IMG/VR virus record: IMGVR_UViG_3300038318_000222 | Location: 1-30,101 of that record | DNA from: a virus | Taxonomy: Duplodnaviria > Caudoviricetes | Reading direction: 5' to 3' (one strand) | Length of the DNA stretch: 30,101 nucleotides | Part shown: piece after piece, positions 16,723-25,357 of the stretch | How positions within the stretch are numbered: the first letter of the stretch is position 1 | Layout of the letters: the number at the start of each line of letters is the position of its first letter | Notes under the pieces: model-generated | What the model saw: only the letters and a program-made list of their open reading frames with translations | Databases searched by the model: none | What the model was told of the DNA's origin: nothing | Program-made: the position numbers and the translations under genes

Positions 16723-16926
16723 ATGAGAAACAACAAGAAAAATATCAGACAGTGTATTAAAGAAAAAGGGGTTAAGATGAAATATATCGCTAAAATGATA
16801 GGAATTACCCCACAGCACTTTGGAAAAAAGTTGAAAACACCTTGGAAATTTACAGTAGCGGAATTAATAAAAATTGCCGATATTTTAGACGAAAAATATT
16901 CAAACTTTGACATAGGGATAAATTAG
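16723..16926 (+). CDS. Cro-like HTH regulator
   Basis: 67 aa basic; YIAKMIGITPQHFGKKL...FTVAELIKIADIL. Confidence 0.8.
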   Translation: MRNNKKNIRQCIKEKGVKMKYIAKMIGITPQHFGKKLKTPWKFTVAELIKIADILDEKYSNFDIGIN

Positions 16927-16946
16927 TTATTTTTTTAAGTTATAAT

Positions 16947-16961
16947 TTAACCTATAGTTAA
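16947..16961. promoter_or_regulatory. Additional operator upstream of xis
   Basis: TTAACCTATAGTTAA, near-identical to the site at 16588. Confidence 0.65.
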
Positions 16962-16978
16962 AAAAAGGAGATGATAAA

Positions 16979-17158
16979 TTGCTAGAGCTAATAACAGTTC
17001 AAGATATTATCGAACATTTAAAAATTAACAAAATGACTGCATACAGGCTCATCAGAGACGGTCAAATAAAAGCAGTTAATATCGGTACAGAGAAAAGGCC
17101 AAAATACCGAATATTAAAAGATGATTACGAAAAATTCTTACAAGGAGGAACCCAATGA
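16979..17158 (+). CDS. xis: Excisionase-like winged HTH (59 aa, absent from ORF track)
   Basis: TTG start after AAGGAG; LITVQDIIEHLKINKMTAYRLIRDGQIKAVNIG...YRI pattern. Confidence 0.8.
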   Translation: MLELITVQDIIEHLKINKMTAYRLIRDGQIKAVNIGTEKRPKYRILKDDYEKFLQGGTQ

Positions 17159-17280
17159 CAATTAGCTTACTAACATTATTCACTTTTATTTTTGGGTTAA
17201 TAATTTTGCTATTATTATTCGCATTTTTCATCAGAGAGGAGGGAAAAGATGAACAAAATACAAGTAATAACTCAAAATAA
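17155..17280 (+). CDS. 41-aa single-TM protein (absent from ORF track)
   Basis: AGGAGG RBS, ATGA overlap with xis; MTISLLTLFTFIFGLIILLLLFAFFIREE... Confidence 0.65.
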   Translation: MTISLLTLFTFIFGLIILLLLFAFFIREEGKDEQNTSNNSK

Positions 17281-17989
17281 TCAATTATTATTATCAAGTG
17301 TTGATGTAGCGAAAATGATTGATAAAGAGCATAAAGAATTGTTGAGAGATATCAGAACACAAATCAAATATCTCAACGGGGGGAAAATTGCGCTGGTTGA
17401 TTTTTTTGTAGAAAGTCAATACGAAGATAAAAAAGGCGAAAATAGACCTTGTTATTTACTGACTCAAAAAGGATGTGAATATATAGCAAATAAACTCACG
17501 GGAGAGAAAGGTGCTTTATTTACTGCTAAATATATTGATGTATTTCATGAAATGAAACAGAAGTTATTACCTAGTTATCAAATAGACGACCCGATAAAAA
17601 GGGCTGAAAAATGGATAGAAGAACAAAAACAATATAGACAAGCAGTTAAGGAGTTGGAACACAAAGATGATGTGATTATTGGCTTAACTAAAGATGTTGA
17701 TCTAGCGACTAAGCAACAACGAATTAATGATATAGTTCGCCATGCACCAGTTAATAAAATACGTGACCGTTGGCGATTGCTTTACAAGGAATTTGACCGC
17801 GTTTATCACATCGATAGTAAAACACGCCATGAAAATGCTATTGACCGTGGCGATATAAAAAAAACAGTCACAAGACTATCTTACATCTGCAGCAACCTAA
17901 ACATGACGCACGAGCTTTACCGTGTTTGCGTTAAATTGTTTGAAGCTGATGCAAGGGAAATGTTTGAAAATATTTTAGATTTAATATAA
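17249..17989 (+). CDS. Rha-family regulator/antirepressor
   Basis: LSSVDVAKMIDKEHKELLRDI...RPCYLLTQKGCEYIANKLTGEKGALFTAKYI. Confidence 0.88.
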   Translation: MNKIQVITQNNQLLLSSVDVAKMIDKEHKELLRDIRTQIKYLNGGKIALVDFFVESQYEDKKGENRPCYLLTQKGCEYIANKLTGEKGALFTAKYIDVFHEMKQKLLPSYQIDDPIKRAEKWIEEQKQYRQAVKELEHKDDVIIGLTKDVDLATKQQRINDIVRHAPVNKIRDRWRLLYKEFDRVYHIDSKTRHENAIDRGDIKKTVTRLSYICSNLNMTHELYRVCVKLFEADAREMFENILDLI

Positions 17990-18001
17990 GGAGATTGATT
18001 A

Positions 18002-18136
18002 ATGGATTGCAAATCATGCCCCTACAAATTAATCCTATTCGGCAAAACTAAATGCCGATATTATGAAAAAATTATCACAAAAGACCTACAAGAAAATTGC
18101 AAAGTCTTTGAATATCACGAGGAGAAAGAAAAATGA
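18002..18136 (+). CDS. 44-aa Cys-containing hypothetical protein (absent from ORF track)
   Basis: AAGGAG RBS; MDCKSCPY...C...C; ATGA overlap with next gene. Confidence 0.6.
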   Translation: MDCKSCPYKLILFGKTKCRYYEKIITKDLQENCKVFEYHEEKEK

Positions 18137-18360
18137 AAACTTTAGCTGATATTAAATTCTACATAAACCGATTTAAGCATAACTCATTAAATTATATTGA
18201 AACGATATTAATCGAATCAGGTTGTTTTACAGAAGTGTACAGTGAAGAACTGTTCATTTGCAGAGCTAAAGGCATTAAATTTAAAATATTTAAAAACAAA
18301 ATAGGATTTAAGGTTCAAGCCAAAAAAGGCAAGAGAATTTTATTAAACGAGGTGATGTGA
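18133..18360 (+). CDS. Hypothetical protein
   Basis: GAGGAG RBS, operon packing. Confidence 0.65.
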   Translation: MKTLADIKFYINRFKHNSLNYIETILIESGCFTEVYSEELFICRAKGIKFKIFKNKIGFKVQAKKGKRILLNEVM

Positions 18361-18569
18361 TGTTGAATTATACATTAGACGAAAAAATAGAAATATTAGA
18401 ACAAGAAGTCGAAACCTTGAGCGATAGGATTACAAGGTCTATAGAGCATTACAACGCAAAGGAAATGCAATTTACTAAAAGATTTATTAAACGTAAAAAA
18501 TTAGAATTAGAAAAAGCAGAATGTTATTTAGAAAAATTAAAAACACTCTCGGCAAAGAGTGTTAAATAG
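18357..18569 (+). CDS. Hypothetical coiled-coil protein
   Basis: GAGGTG RBS, overlap coupling. Confidence 0.65.
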   Translation: MMLNYTLDEKIEILEQEVETLSDRITRSIEHYNAKEMQFTKRFIKRKKLELEKAECYLEKLKTLSAKSVK

Positions 18570-18624
18570 AGTGCTTGCGTATAGACTCTATAAATATTAT
18601 ATGCGAAAAATTGGAAAATATCAA
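18532..18624 (-). ncRNA. Putative antisense small RNA unit (promoter, two hairpins, terminator)
   Basis: Minus-strand TTGATA(18624-18619)-17 nt-TATAAT(18601-18596); hairpins 18566-18591 and 18542-18563; U-rich tract follows. Confidence 0.5.
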
Positions 18625-18645
18625 TAAAAATTTAGGAGGGAAAGT

Positions 18646-18954
18646 ATGAAAGTCAAAGAATATTTTTTAGAGGAACAAGAAAATTTACAAAAAAGATTGA
18701 AATTAACAAGAAAGATATTCCATCTTTGTATGGAAATAAATTTAAAGGGGAAATATTATGCGTTTTATTATCTTTATCCGCACGTTAAAGAAATAAGCGT
18801 ACGTATCGCCCCTATAAGCGATTACAATCGCAGTTTATACAATAATTTAAGTATTTATTATGATTGTAATTTTAAAACACACGAGGAAATGATGACAACG
18901 TTAAATGAAGTTGTATCCAATTTAATTAAATATTTACGTGATAGTGATGAGTAA
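18646..18954 (+). CDS. Hypothetical protein
   Basis: AGGAGG RBS, 102 aa. Confidence 0.7.
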   Translation: MKVKEYFLEEQENLQKRLKLTRKIFHLCMEINLKGKYYAFYYLYPHVKEISVRIAPISDYNRSLYNNLSIYYDCNFKTHEEMMTTLNEVVSNLIKYLRDSDE

Positions 18955-19192
18955 CTTTTTAGTAATACTGATTGCTATTTTAGCATTTCTTGCGGGTTTA
19001 TTTAAAAATTATGGTCGTTGGCGTGTAAGTGGTCGATTGTATCGTATCGCTGCTGATCGCAATAAAGCGTTTCATGAGCTGACCGAAAAATACACAATGT
19101 CCGAATTAGCTCTAAAATTAGCAAAACGTGAAAATTTAAAATTAGTAGCTGAAAATGAACGTTTAAAGCAAGGGATTATAAAATGCAAGTAA
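18947..19192 (+). CDS. N-terminally anchored coiled-coil protein
   Basis: FLVILIAILAFLAGLF then coiled coil; start uncertain. Confidence 0.6.
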   Translation: MSNFLVILIAILAFLAGLFKNYGRWRVSGRLYRIAADRNKAFHELTEKYTMSELALKLAKRENLKLVAENERLKQGIIKCK

Positions 19193-19389
19193 TTATTTAT
19201 TACACAACGCTAATAAGGGGTGAGTTTGGTCACGAGGAATACGATACAAATATTAGGTTTGATGTTAACGCTGATGACGAAACAGACGCAAAAAAGAAAG
19301 CGATCAAGCGTCTTAAGACTATGGAAGATAATAAAAAAATTTTCATATTTAAAATAAATAAAGTGGAGGTTGAAAATGATGATTGCTAG
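19183..19389 (+). CDS. Hypothetical protein
   Basis: 68 aa, operon packing. Confidence 0.6.
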   Translation: MQVIIYYTTLIRGEFGHEEYDTNIRFDVNADDETDAKKKAIKRLKTMEDNKKIFIFKINKVEVENDDC

Positions 19390-19606
19390 AGCATGGGTTA
19401 AAGAAGTAAAGGACAAGCAAATAACGGTAGTTTGCCCGATGTGTAAAAGGGACAGCACCTTTAGACGCAAGCCAACTGATGAGGGGCAGCGGATAGAGTT
19501 GTGCCAATCATGCGGTAATCGCATAAGATACTCACATTATAAAGACGAGATATACAAGGGGGTAGGTGAATATGGCGGACGTAAAATGGATAAAAATTGT
19601 AACTGA
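19376..19606 (+). CDS. Zinc-ribbon protein
   Basis: CPMC...CQSC; GGAGGT RBS. Confidence 0.65.
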   Translation: MMIARAWVKEVKDKQITVVCPMCKRDSTFRRKPTDEGQRIELCQSCGNRIRYSHYKDEIYKGVGEYGGRKMDKNCN

Positions 19607-20384
19607 TATATTCGACGACCAAAAAATTAGATTTATTGAAACTATGCCCCAAGGCGACACAATAATTGTTATTTGGTTTAAACTGCTCTGCATGTGCGGC
19701 AAATCAAATCAAGGTGGCTATCTAATGATGACCGATAAGATAGCATATACCGACGAGATGTTGGCGTCAGTTTTTAATAAAGATACAAAATTAGTCAAAC
19801 TAGCATTATCTACGTTTCAAAATTTAGATATGATAGAAATTATTGATAATAAATATTACGTCTTAAATTGGGAAAAGCACCAAAACATTGATAAATTAAA
19901 GCAGATTAGAGAAAATACACGTTTAAGAGTAGCTAAACATCGGGGGAAAAAGAAACTCGATTGTAACGTTACAGTAACACAAGAAGTAACACGAAGTAAC
20001 GCAACAGATAAAGAAGAAGATATAGATAAAGAAGAAGATATAGATATAAAGAATAAAGATATATATATAGCCGAGCAAAAGCCCGACAATATACCTTACG
20101 AAGATATCGTTATTTATTTGAATGCAAGATGTGGCACTAATTATAGATACACTACTAAAAAAACTAAAGACCTAATTAAGGCAAGATTTAATGAAGGGTT
20201 TACTGTTAACAATTTTAAAATTGTTATCGATAAAAAGTCAAACGAATGGCTAAATAGTGATATGGCTAAATATTTAAGACCGGAAACACTGTTTGGCAAT
20301 AAATTTGAAAGTTATTTAAATCAAAAAGAAAAAAGAACATCTAAGCATATGACGGGCTTAGAAGATGTTCACGTAGATTTTTAA
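19572..20384 (+). CDS. Replication initiator (replisome organizer N-terminus, conserved phage C-terminal domain)
   Basis: VKWIKIVTDIFDDQKIRFIE...NWEKHQN; YLRPETLFGNKFESYLNQ. Confidence 0.9.
   Translation: MADVKWIKIVTDIFDDQKIRFIETMPQGDTIIVIWFKLLCMCGKSNQGGYLMMTDKIAYTDEMLASVFNKDTKLVKLALSTFQNLDMIEIIDNKYYVLNWEKHQNIDKLKQIRENTRLRVAKHRGKKKLDCNVTVTQEVTRSNATDKEEDIDKEEDIDIKNKDIYIAEQKPDNIPYEDIVIYLNARCGTNYRYTTKKTKDLIKARFNEGFTVNNFKIVIDKKSNEWLNSDMAKYLRPETLFGNKFESYLNQKEKRTSKHMTGLEDVHVDF
19962..20070 (+). repeat. Putative replication origin iterons inside initiator gene
   Basis: GTAAC x4 (19963, 19974, 19986, 19996), palindrome TGTAACGTTACA, 18-nt tandem AGATAAAGAAGAAGATAT x2, then AT run. Confidence 0.65.
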
Positions 20385-20393
20385 GGAGGACTA

Positions 20394-20567
20394 ATGATAG
20401 AAATTAAAGGAATAGTCACAGGGTGGAAACGAGTTGATAAAATCCAAGCTAAACATTTTGTAAATTATTTAAAAAACAAAATAACAAATATACCAAAAGA
20501 AAATATTAATGAATATATTAACAAAAATCACTTGAGAGGCATTACTATTGAAAAACTCGAAAAATGA
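20394..20567 (+). CDS. 57-aa hypothetical protein (absent from ORF track)
   Basis: AAGGAGG RBS; MIEIKGIVTGWKRV... Confidence 0.65.
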   Translation: MIEIKGIVTGWKRVDKIQAKHFVNYLKNKITNIPKENINEYINKNHLRGITIEKLEK

Positions 20568-20727
20568 TATAGGAATAGTGCTCAACCTATTAGCGCGAGA
20601 ACAAATGAAATTAAGATTAATGCAGGATATTAGAGTTGATATAGAAGTTTGTAAATTAGAAGGTATTGATTATAAAAAGTATCTTTTAGAATTAAAAGAA
20701 ATTATTGATTATTTTTTAAGGAGGTAA
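20548..20727 (+). CDS. 59-aa hypothetical protein (absent from ORF track)
   Basis: TTG start after GAGAGG; ...VCKLEGIDYKKYLLELKEII; fills operon gap. Confidence 0.55.
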   Translation: MKNSKNDIGIVLNLLAREQMKLRLMQDIRVDIEVCKLEGIDYKKYLLELKEIIDYFLRR

Positions 20728-20729
20728 AA

Positions 20730-21272
20730 ATGTTAAATGAAAAAGTATTTGCTAAATCTATTGAAAAATTAGGGGAATATTATCCCAAATTTGAATTAAC
20801 TGATAAACAAATGGAAGCGTGGTATGGTTTTTTTAAAAAATATACATACAACGAATTTATGCAAATGTTAAATTTGTATATCGAAAGTAACGAGTTCCCA
20901 CCCCAATCACCTAGATCACTTTTAAAATATTATGAAGAAGCTCTAAAACAGAACTTTACAAAAAAACATATGTCAGCAGATGAAGTGTGGGAAGTTGTAA
21001 AAAAAGGATTACGAATGTATTCGTTACATCATGAACACTATCAAGGCGATAAGTTGTTTGAATGGCTTACACAATATCCATTAATCGTAACTGAATCAGT
21101 CAAACAGCATTTATCAGAATTAGCAAATTTAAAAGTTGATGATACATTTACTGCAAATAGTTTTAAAAAGACTTATAAAGCACTACTTGAGCGAGAAATA
21201 ACTCAACAAGTTAAAACTCAATTACAACTAACATCGAGCGATAAACTGATGTTAGAAAATAAGGAGGGGTAA
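20730..21272 (+). CDS. Helicase loader/inhibitor-like protein (SPP1 G39P-like)
   Basis: After initiator; YP..AWY..EFPP..SADEVWEVV pattern. Confidence 0.6.
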   Translation: MLNEKVFAKSIEKLGEYYPKFELTDKQMEAWYGFFKKYTYNEFMQMLNLYIESNEFPPQSPRSLLKYYEEALKQNFTKKHMSADEVWEVVKKGLRMYSLHHEHYQGDKLFEWLTQYPLIVTESVKQHLSELANLKVDDTFTANSFKKTYKALLEREITQQVKTQLQLTSSDKLMLENKEG

Positions 21273-21273
21273 T

Positions 21274-21501
21274 ATGTGGATTGAATTTAATAATCAGTTA
21301 GTTAATTTTAAACACATTATAAAAATACAAATAACTGAAAAAGATAGTAAGTTTGCTGTTAATGTAATTGGTACATTCACTTGTGAAAAAGAGTTATTTG
21401 ATACCGAAGAAGAGGCACAAGAAAGATATATAGAAATTAAAGGAAAATTAATTAAACCTTACCTTTACGAAATATGTAATGATTATTTAGAGGAGGTCTA
21501 A
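21274..21501 (+). CDS. Hypothetical protein
   Basis: AAGGAGG RBS. Confidence 0.65.
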   Translation: MWIEFNNQLVNFKHIIKIQITEKDSKFAVNVIGTFTCEKELFDTEEEAQERYIEIKGKLIKPYLYEICNDYLEEV

Positions 21502-21502
21502 T

Positions 21503-21766
21503 ATGTTTAAAGTTAAAGATAAATGGAAATTAAGTATTTTAGAAGAATATGGGTTTAGTAAAGAAATAAATTATTACGATGGTGAACACTATTGCGCTAC
21601 CTGTGGTTGTGGTAGCGACGCGTTAGAATATGAAGTTGATATAATAACGCGAGAACTAAAAATTATCGTATATATGGATGATTACTTTAGTCGAATAAAT
21701 ATAACATCAAATTTATATTTATTTTACAAACTTATCAAAGACGGAATTATAGAGGAGGGACAATGA
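21503..21766 (+). CDS. Hypothetical protein
   Basis: GGAGGT RBS. Confidence 0.65.
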   Translation: MFKVKDKWKLSILEEYGFSKEINYYDGEHYCATCGCGSDALEYEVDIITRELKIIVYMDDYFSRINITSNLYLFYKLIKDGIIEEGQ

Positions 21767-22062
21767 AAAATAAATTAATCGAATTAAAAGAATTACTCGA
21801 GCATATCGAGTGTAAAAATATAGGAGATATAATCGAAAAAGAACAGGCACATAATTTATTACTTGGATTAATAGAAAAATCAAGACCAACAAAGCCAGTC
21901 GAAAATTATAACTGGTGTGATTTATCAGACGAGCAAAGAAAAGATAATTCTCAATGGTATTGTGGAATTTGCAGTCGTGAAGTAGACGAAAATATGAATT
22001 ACTGTTCTGATTGTGGGACAAAAATAAATTGGTGGGAGGAAGAAGATGTTTTCGAAAGATGA
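21763..22062 (+). CDS. Zinc-ribbon protein
   Basis: CGIC...YCSDCGTKINW. Confidence 0.7.
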   Translation: MKNKLIELKELLEHIECKNIGDIIEKEQAHNLLLGLIEKSRPTKPVENYNWCDLSDEQRKDNSQWYCGICSREVDENMNYCSDCGTKINWWEEEDVFER

Positions 22063-22402
22063 TTTACGAGAATTAGATATATGTATCTCAAAATGCAAAG
22101 ATGATTACATTGTATATGATAATTGTTTATTATGCTCAGTACATACGATTCATTTTGAAGAAATAAATAATGATTTAACACACTTTGATAATAATGATTT
22201 CGATATCATGACCGTAACCCGAAATGGTGAAGTTGTGTATAAACGCAAGGAAAATGAATTTTATATACACACGATGCACAAAAACAATGATGGGTTAAAC
22301 AAATATTACAACGACAAATCAAAACTATTAAAAGATATTGAAATTTTAATTGATGACAAAGATTTAATTTTATTGGAGGTCGTAAAATGCAATACGAACT
22401 AA
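22046..22402 (+). CDS. Hypothetical protein
   Basis: GGAGG RBS; DFDIMTV...VVYKRKE. Confidence 0.6.
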   Translation: MFSKDDLRELDICISKCKDDYIVYDNCLLCSVHTIHFEEINNDLTHFDNNDFDIMTVTRNGEVVYKRKENEFYIHTMHKNNDGLNKYYNDKSKLLKDIEILIDDKDLILLEVVKCNTN

Positions 22403-22908
22403 TCAAAATTAACCAAGATGAACTACAAAAACTTGAAAACTTGTCAGAATTTACTATCGAAGATGTTGAAATAGAAGATGATACCGAATATAAAAACCTT
22501 TGCGAATTGCTTAAAAAAGTAAAAGGGCGTACAAATGCAATCAAAGAATTTTTTAAAGAACCTAAAAAGAAAGCACATGAAAATCATAAATCAATTACAC
22601 GACTTGAAAAAGGAATGTTAGAAAAATTAAACAGATTTGAAACCTTAGCTAAAAAGCGAGTTGGCGAATATCAACTAAAACTTGAAGAAAAAAACACGAT
22701 AGAAAACCCGATCGAGCCATTAAAAGTAAAAGGCATATCAAGTAGTGATGTTTATAAATGGGAAATAATAGATGAAGATAAAATCCCTAAACAATATCTA
22801 ATGGTTAATGAAAAGTTGATTAATCAAATTATTAAGCAAACTAACGGAAGTTTTTCAATTCCAGGAATCGAAATCACGAAAGAAAAATCTGTGAGAGTGA
22901 AAGGGTGA
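22387..22908 (+). CDS. Coiled-coil recombination-module protein
   Basis: C-terminal DEDKIPKQYL...IPGIEI motif typical of genes beside phage exonuclease/SSAP pairs. Confidence 0.55.
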   Translation: MQYELIKINQDELQKLENLSEFTIEDVEIEDDTEYKNLCELLKKVKGRTNAIKEFFKEPKKKAHENHKSITRLEKGMLEKLNRFETLAKKRVGEYQLKLEEKNTIENPIEPLKVKGISSSDVYKWEIIDEDKIPKQYLMVNEKLINQIIKQTNGSFSIPGIEITKEKSVRVKG

Positions 22909-23366
22909 TAGAGATGAGAGTAAGTGAAGTTAGAAATAGTGATGTATTTAAAAATATGTCATTATCAGGTTGGTGTAAAAATGGTGTATTTGTTGCACAA
23001 ATAAATGATAATCAATTATTTTTAGTAGACACATATTTTCATGACAAGTATATACAAATAAATAATGATGAGGATTTAAACGATTTTACTTTTATTGCAA
23101 ATAAAAACGATTTAGAAGTTGCTTATGATGCCGATGAATATAACGAAGAAGATTTATATTATCTTGTGTTTAACTCAGGTGGTTGGCGATATGGGGCAAG
23201 TTATTATATCAAAAAAGGAACTGAAAGAAATAAAAAATTGATATATGAAAAACTACTGTTAAATGTAACACGAGCAGAAAGCAATTTAAAATATGCTAAA
23301 AAATATTTGGATATATTTTTGAAAGAAAATCCAAACATCTTAGAAGAGGTTGAAGTAAATGAGTGA
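22905..23366 (+). CDS. Hypothetical protein
   Basis: 153 aa ORF, LVDTYF motif. Confidence 0.65.
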   Translation: MIEMRVSEVRNSDVFKNMSLSGWCKNGVFVAQINDNQLFLVDTYFHDKYIQINNDEDLNDFTFIANKNDLEVAYDADEYNEEDLYYLVFNSGGWRYGASYYIKKGTERNKKLIYEKLLLNVTRAESNLKYAKKYLDIFLKENPNILEEVEVNE

Positions 23367-23952
23367 TTTAAAATTCGACCCCAAAACTCACACATATTAC
23401 AATGACGGACAAGCAGTAATAAGCGTTACGCAAGTGTTAAAACCTATTTCAAAAAAAATCTATGAAAATATACCAAAACATAGGTTAGATGTTGCAGCGA
23501 AACGAGGAACTGCAATACATTATGCGATTGAACTATATAGTGAATTTGGAGTTAAAGACATCGACAAAGAATTTGAGGGATATTTGGACGGATATATTAA
23601 ATTTGCAAAGGACTTTAACCACAAAGCACTTAAAAACGAATATATGGTTTATAGCAAACTAGGATATGCCGGTACATTAGACAATCTCGGAGAAGTCAAT
23701 AACGAGTTATGCCTGGTTGATTATAAAAACGTAGCGAAGGTACATAGTGGACTTGTAGGGTTGCAATTAAGTGCATATAGACAAGGTTTAAAAGAAGAAG
23801 GTATCGAAGTTAACAAAGCAGGTTGTTTACAACTAAAGCCTAACGGAAAACACAAATTTATCATATATACAAAAGAGCAACTTGATGAATATTTTGAACA
23901 CTTTAAAATGTTGTTGAATACTCGGAAATTAATTAAATTTTATAGTAATTAG
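23359..23952 (+). CDS. PD-(D/E)xK exonuclease
   Basis: SVTQVL, RGTAIH, YAGTLD, VDYK, LQLSAY motifs. Confidence 0.85.
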   Translation: MSDLKFDPKTHTYYNDGQAVISVTQVLKPISKKIYENIPKHRLDVAAKRGTAIHYAIELYSEFGVKDIDKEFEGYLDGYIKFAKDFNHKALKNEYMVYSKLGYAGTLDNLGEVNNELCLVDYKNVAKVHSGLVGLQLSAYRQGLKEEGIEVNKAGCLQLKPNGKHKFIIYTKEQLDEYFEHFKMLLNTRKLIKFYSN

Positions 23953-23962
23953 GAGGAAAAGA

Positions 23963-24673
23963 ATGAGTAATGAATTAAACGCTTTAAGCATTGTTGAGTC
24001 AATCAACATAAACCAAATGGGAGATTTTACAAAAAAGATTGAGCAGTTTCAAAAGTTAGTGCAGAGTCAATTAAGACAAGACCATGATTACGGAATTATT
24101 CCGTATACCAAAAAACCAACTTTATTAAAGCCTGGAGCTGAAAAAATCAATATGTTAATGGGATTAACATCAGCATTCGACATCATAGAATCAACTAGAG
24201 ATTTTGACAAAGGTTTTTTTCAATATCAAGTTAAATGTATGTTGATGAAAAATGGTGTAGTAATTACTGAAGGTTTGGGTACTTGTAACACAAAAGAAAA
24301 GAAATATGTAGACCAAGACCCATACTCAGTAGATAACACAGTTTTAAAAATGTCAAAGAAAAGAGCATTTATTGATGCTACATTGTTAGTCGGCAGCCTA
24401 TCAGACATATTTACTCAAGATTTAGAAGATGTTGATTTAGCGGGCAATAAAGTAAGTGAAACTAAGCGCTATGCAACAGACAATGACGGAACAATTTCAA
24501 ATGCTCAAGCCAAGCGAATGTTTGCACTTGCAAAAGGTAATGCAGATTTAGTAAAAGAAGTAATGGCAGAGGCAGGGTACACAGAAGAACGACGCTCAAA
24601 CGAAGTTAAAAAAATACATTATGAGGAAATATGCAAAAAGATTGAAGAACGAGCAAACGCAAAAGAGGAATAG
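23963..24673 (+). CDS. Single-strand annealing protein-like recombinase
   Basis: KPTLLKPGAEKI, NTVLKMSKKRAFIDA, FTQDLED; follows exonuclease. Confidence 0.7.
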   Translation: MSNELNALSIVESININQMGDFTKKIEQFQKLVQSQLRQDHDYGIIPYTKKPTLLKPGAEKINMLMGLTSAFDIIESTRDFDKGFFQYQVKCMLMKNGVVITEGLGTCNTKEKKYVDQDPYSVDNTVLKMSKKRAFIDATLLVGSLSDIFTQDLEDVDLAGNKVSETKRYATDNDGTISNAQAKRMFALAKGNADLVKEVMAEAGYTEERRSNEVKKIHYEEICKKIEERANAKEE

Positions 24674-24676
24674 GAT

Positions 24677-25357
24677 ATGAAGTTTTCTTCTATCCTTTCC
24701 TTACTAGATTACACGGTTGATTTTATAGACAAATTACCAAGTCTAGAAAATCATTACATAGACAAAGACCTAAAACTTGTAAATGCCACTATTGAGATAC
24801 ACGATCCGAGATTAATTACACCTTTACAGAGAGCTAAAATATTCGCTATGATAGGTGATATTTGCATTCATCAAGACGGATTTAGAGATAAATTATTAAT
24901 TGCTAATTACCGCTATGATTTTGAAATAACATTAGATAGATTAGGCTTAATAGACTACGAAACCTTTTCACTCTCAAGCTGTAGCGTAACACAAGCAAAT
25001 ATCTATATCGAGTTTTTACTAAGATTTATGTTTGACCACGATATATCACTTGAATATAAAACAGCTCAAATGATGAAAGATGAATGGGTGTATTTATTCA
25101 AATGTATTCAAAAAAGAAAATGTGCGTGTGCAGTCGAGGGAGTTTGCACTAAAAATGTTGAAATACACCACGCAACACATTTAGTCGGTATGGGTAACAA
25201 ACGAAGTAAACACGACCATGAAAACAGTACATTCATAGCATTATGCGATTATCACCATAAAGAAGCACATAACATGGGTTTAGAAAAATTCTTAGAAACC
25301 TATAAAATTAAACCTATCAAATTAACCGAAAAACAAACAGAGGAGTTGAGGACATGA
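24677..25357 (+). CDS. Putative HNH nuclease (DUF968/HNHc-like)
   Basis: QRAKIFAMIGDI, EIHH, VGMG, ALCDYHHKEAH. Confidence 0.8.
   Translation: MKFSSILSLLDYTVDFIDKLPSLENHYIDKDLKLVNATIEIHDPRLITPLQRAKIFAMIGDICIHQDGFRDKLLIANYRYDFEITLDRLGLIDYETFSLSSCSVTQANIYIEFLLRFMFDHDISLEYKTAQMMKDEWVYLFKCIQKRKCACAVEGVCTKNVEIHHATHLVGMGNKRSKHDHENSTFIALCDYHHKEAHNMGLEKFLETYKIKPIKLTEKQTEELRT

Noticed and set aside
23359-23952. Nuclease as CRISPR Cas4
   Set aside because: Lacks the four Fe-S cysteines; no cas1 or array; sits beside an SSAP like a recombination exonuclease
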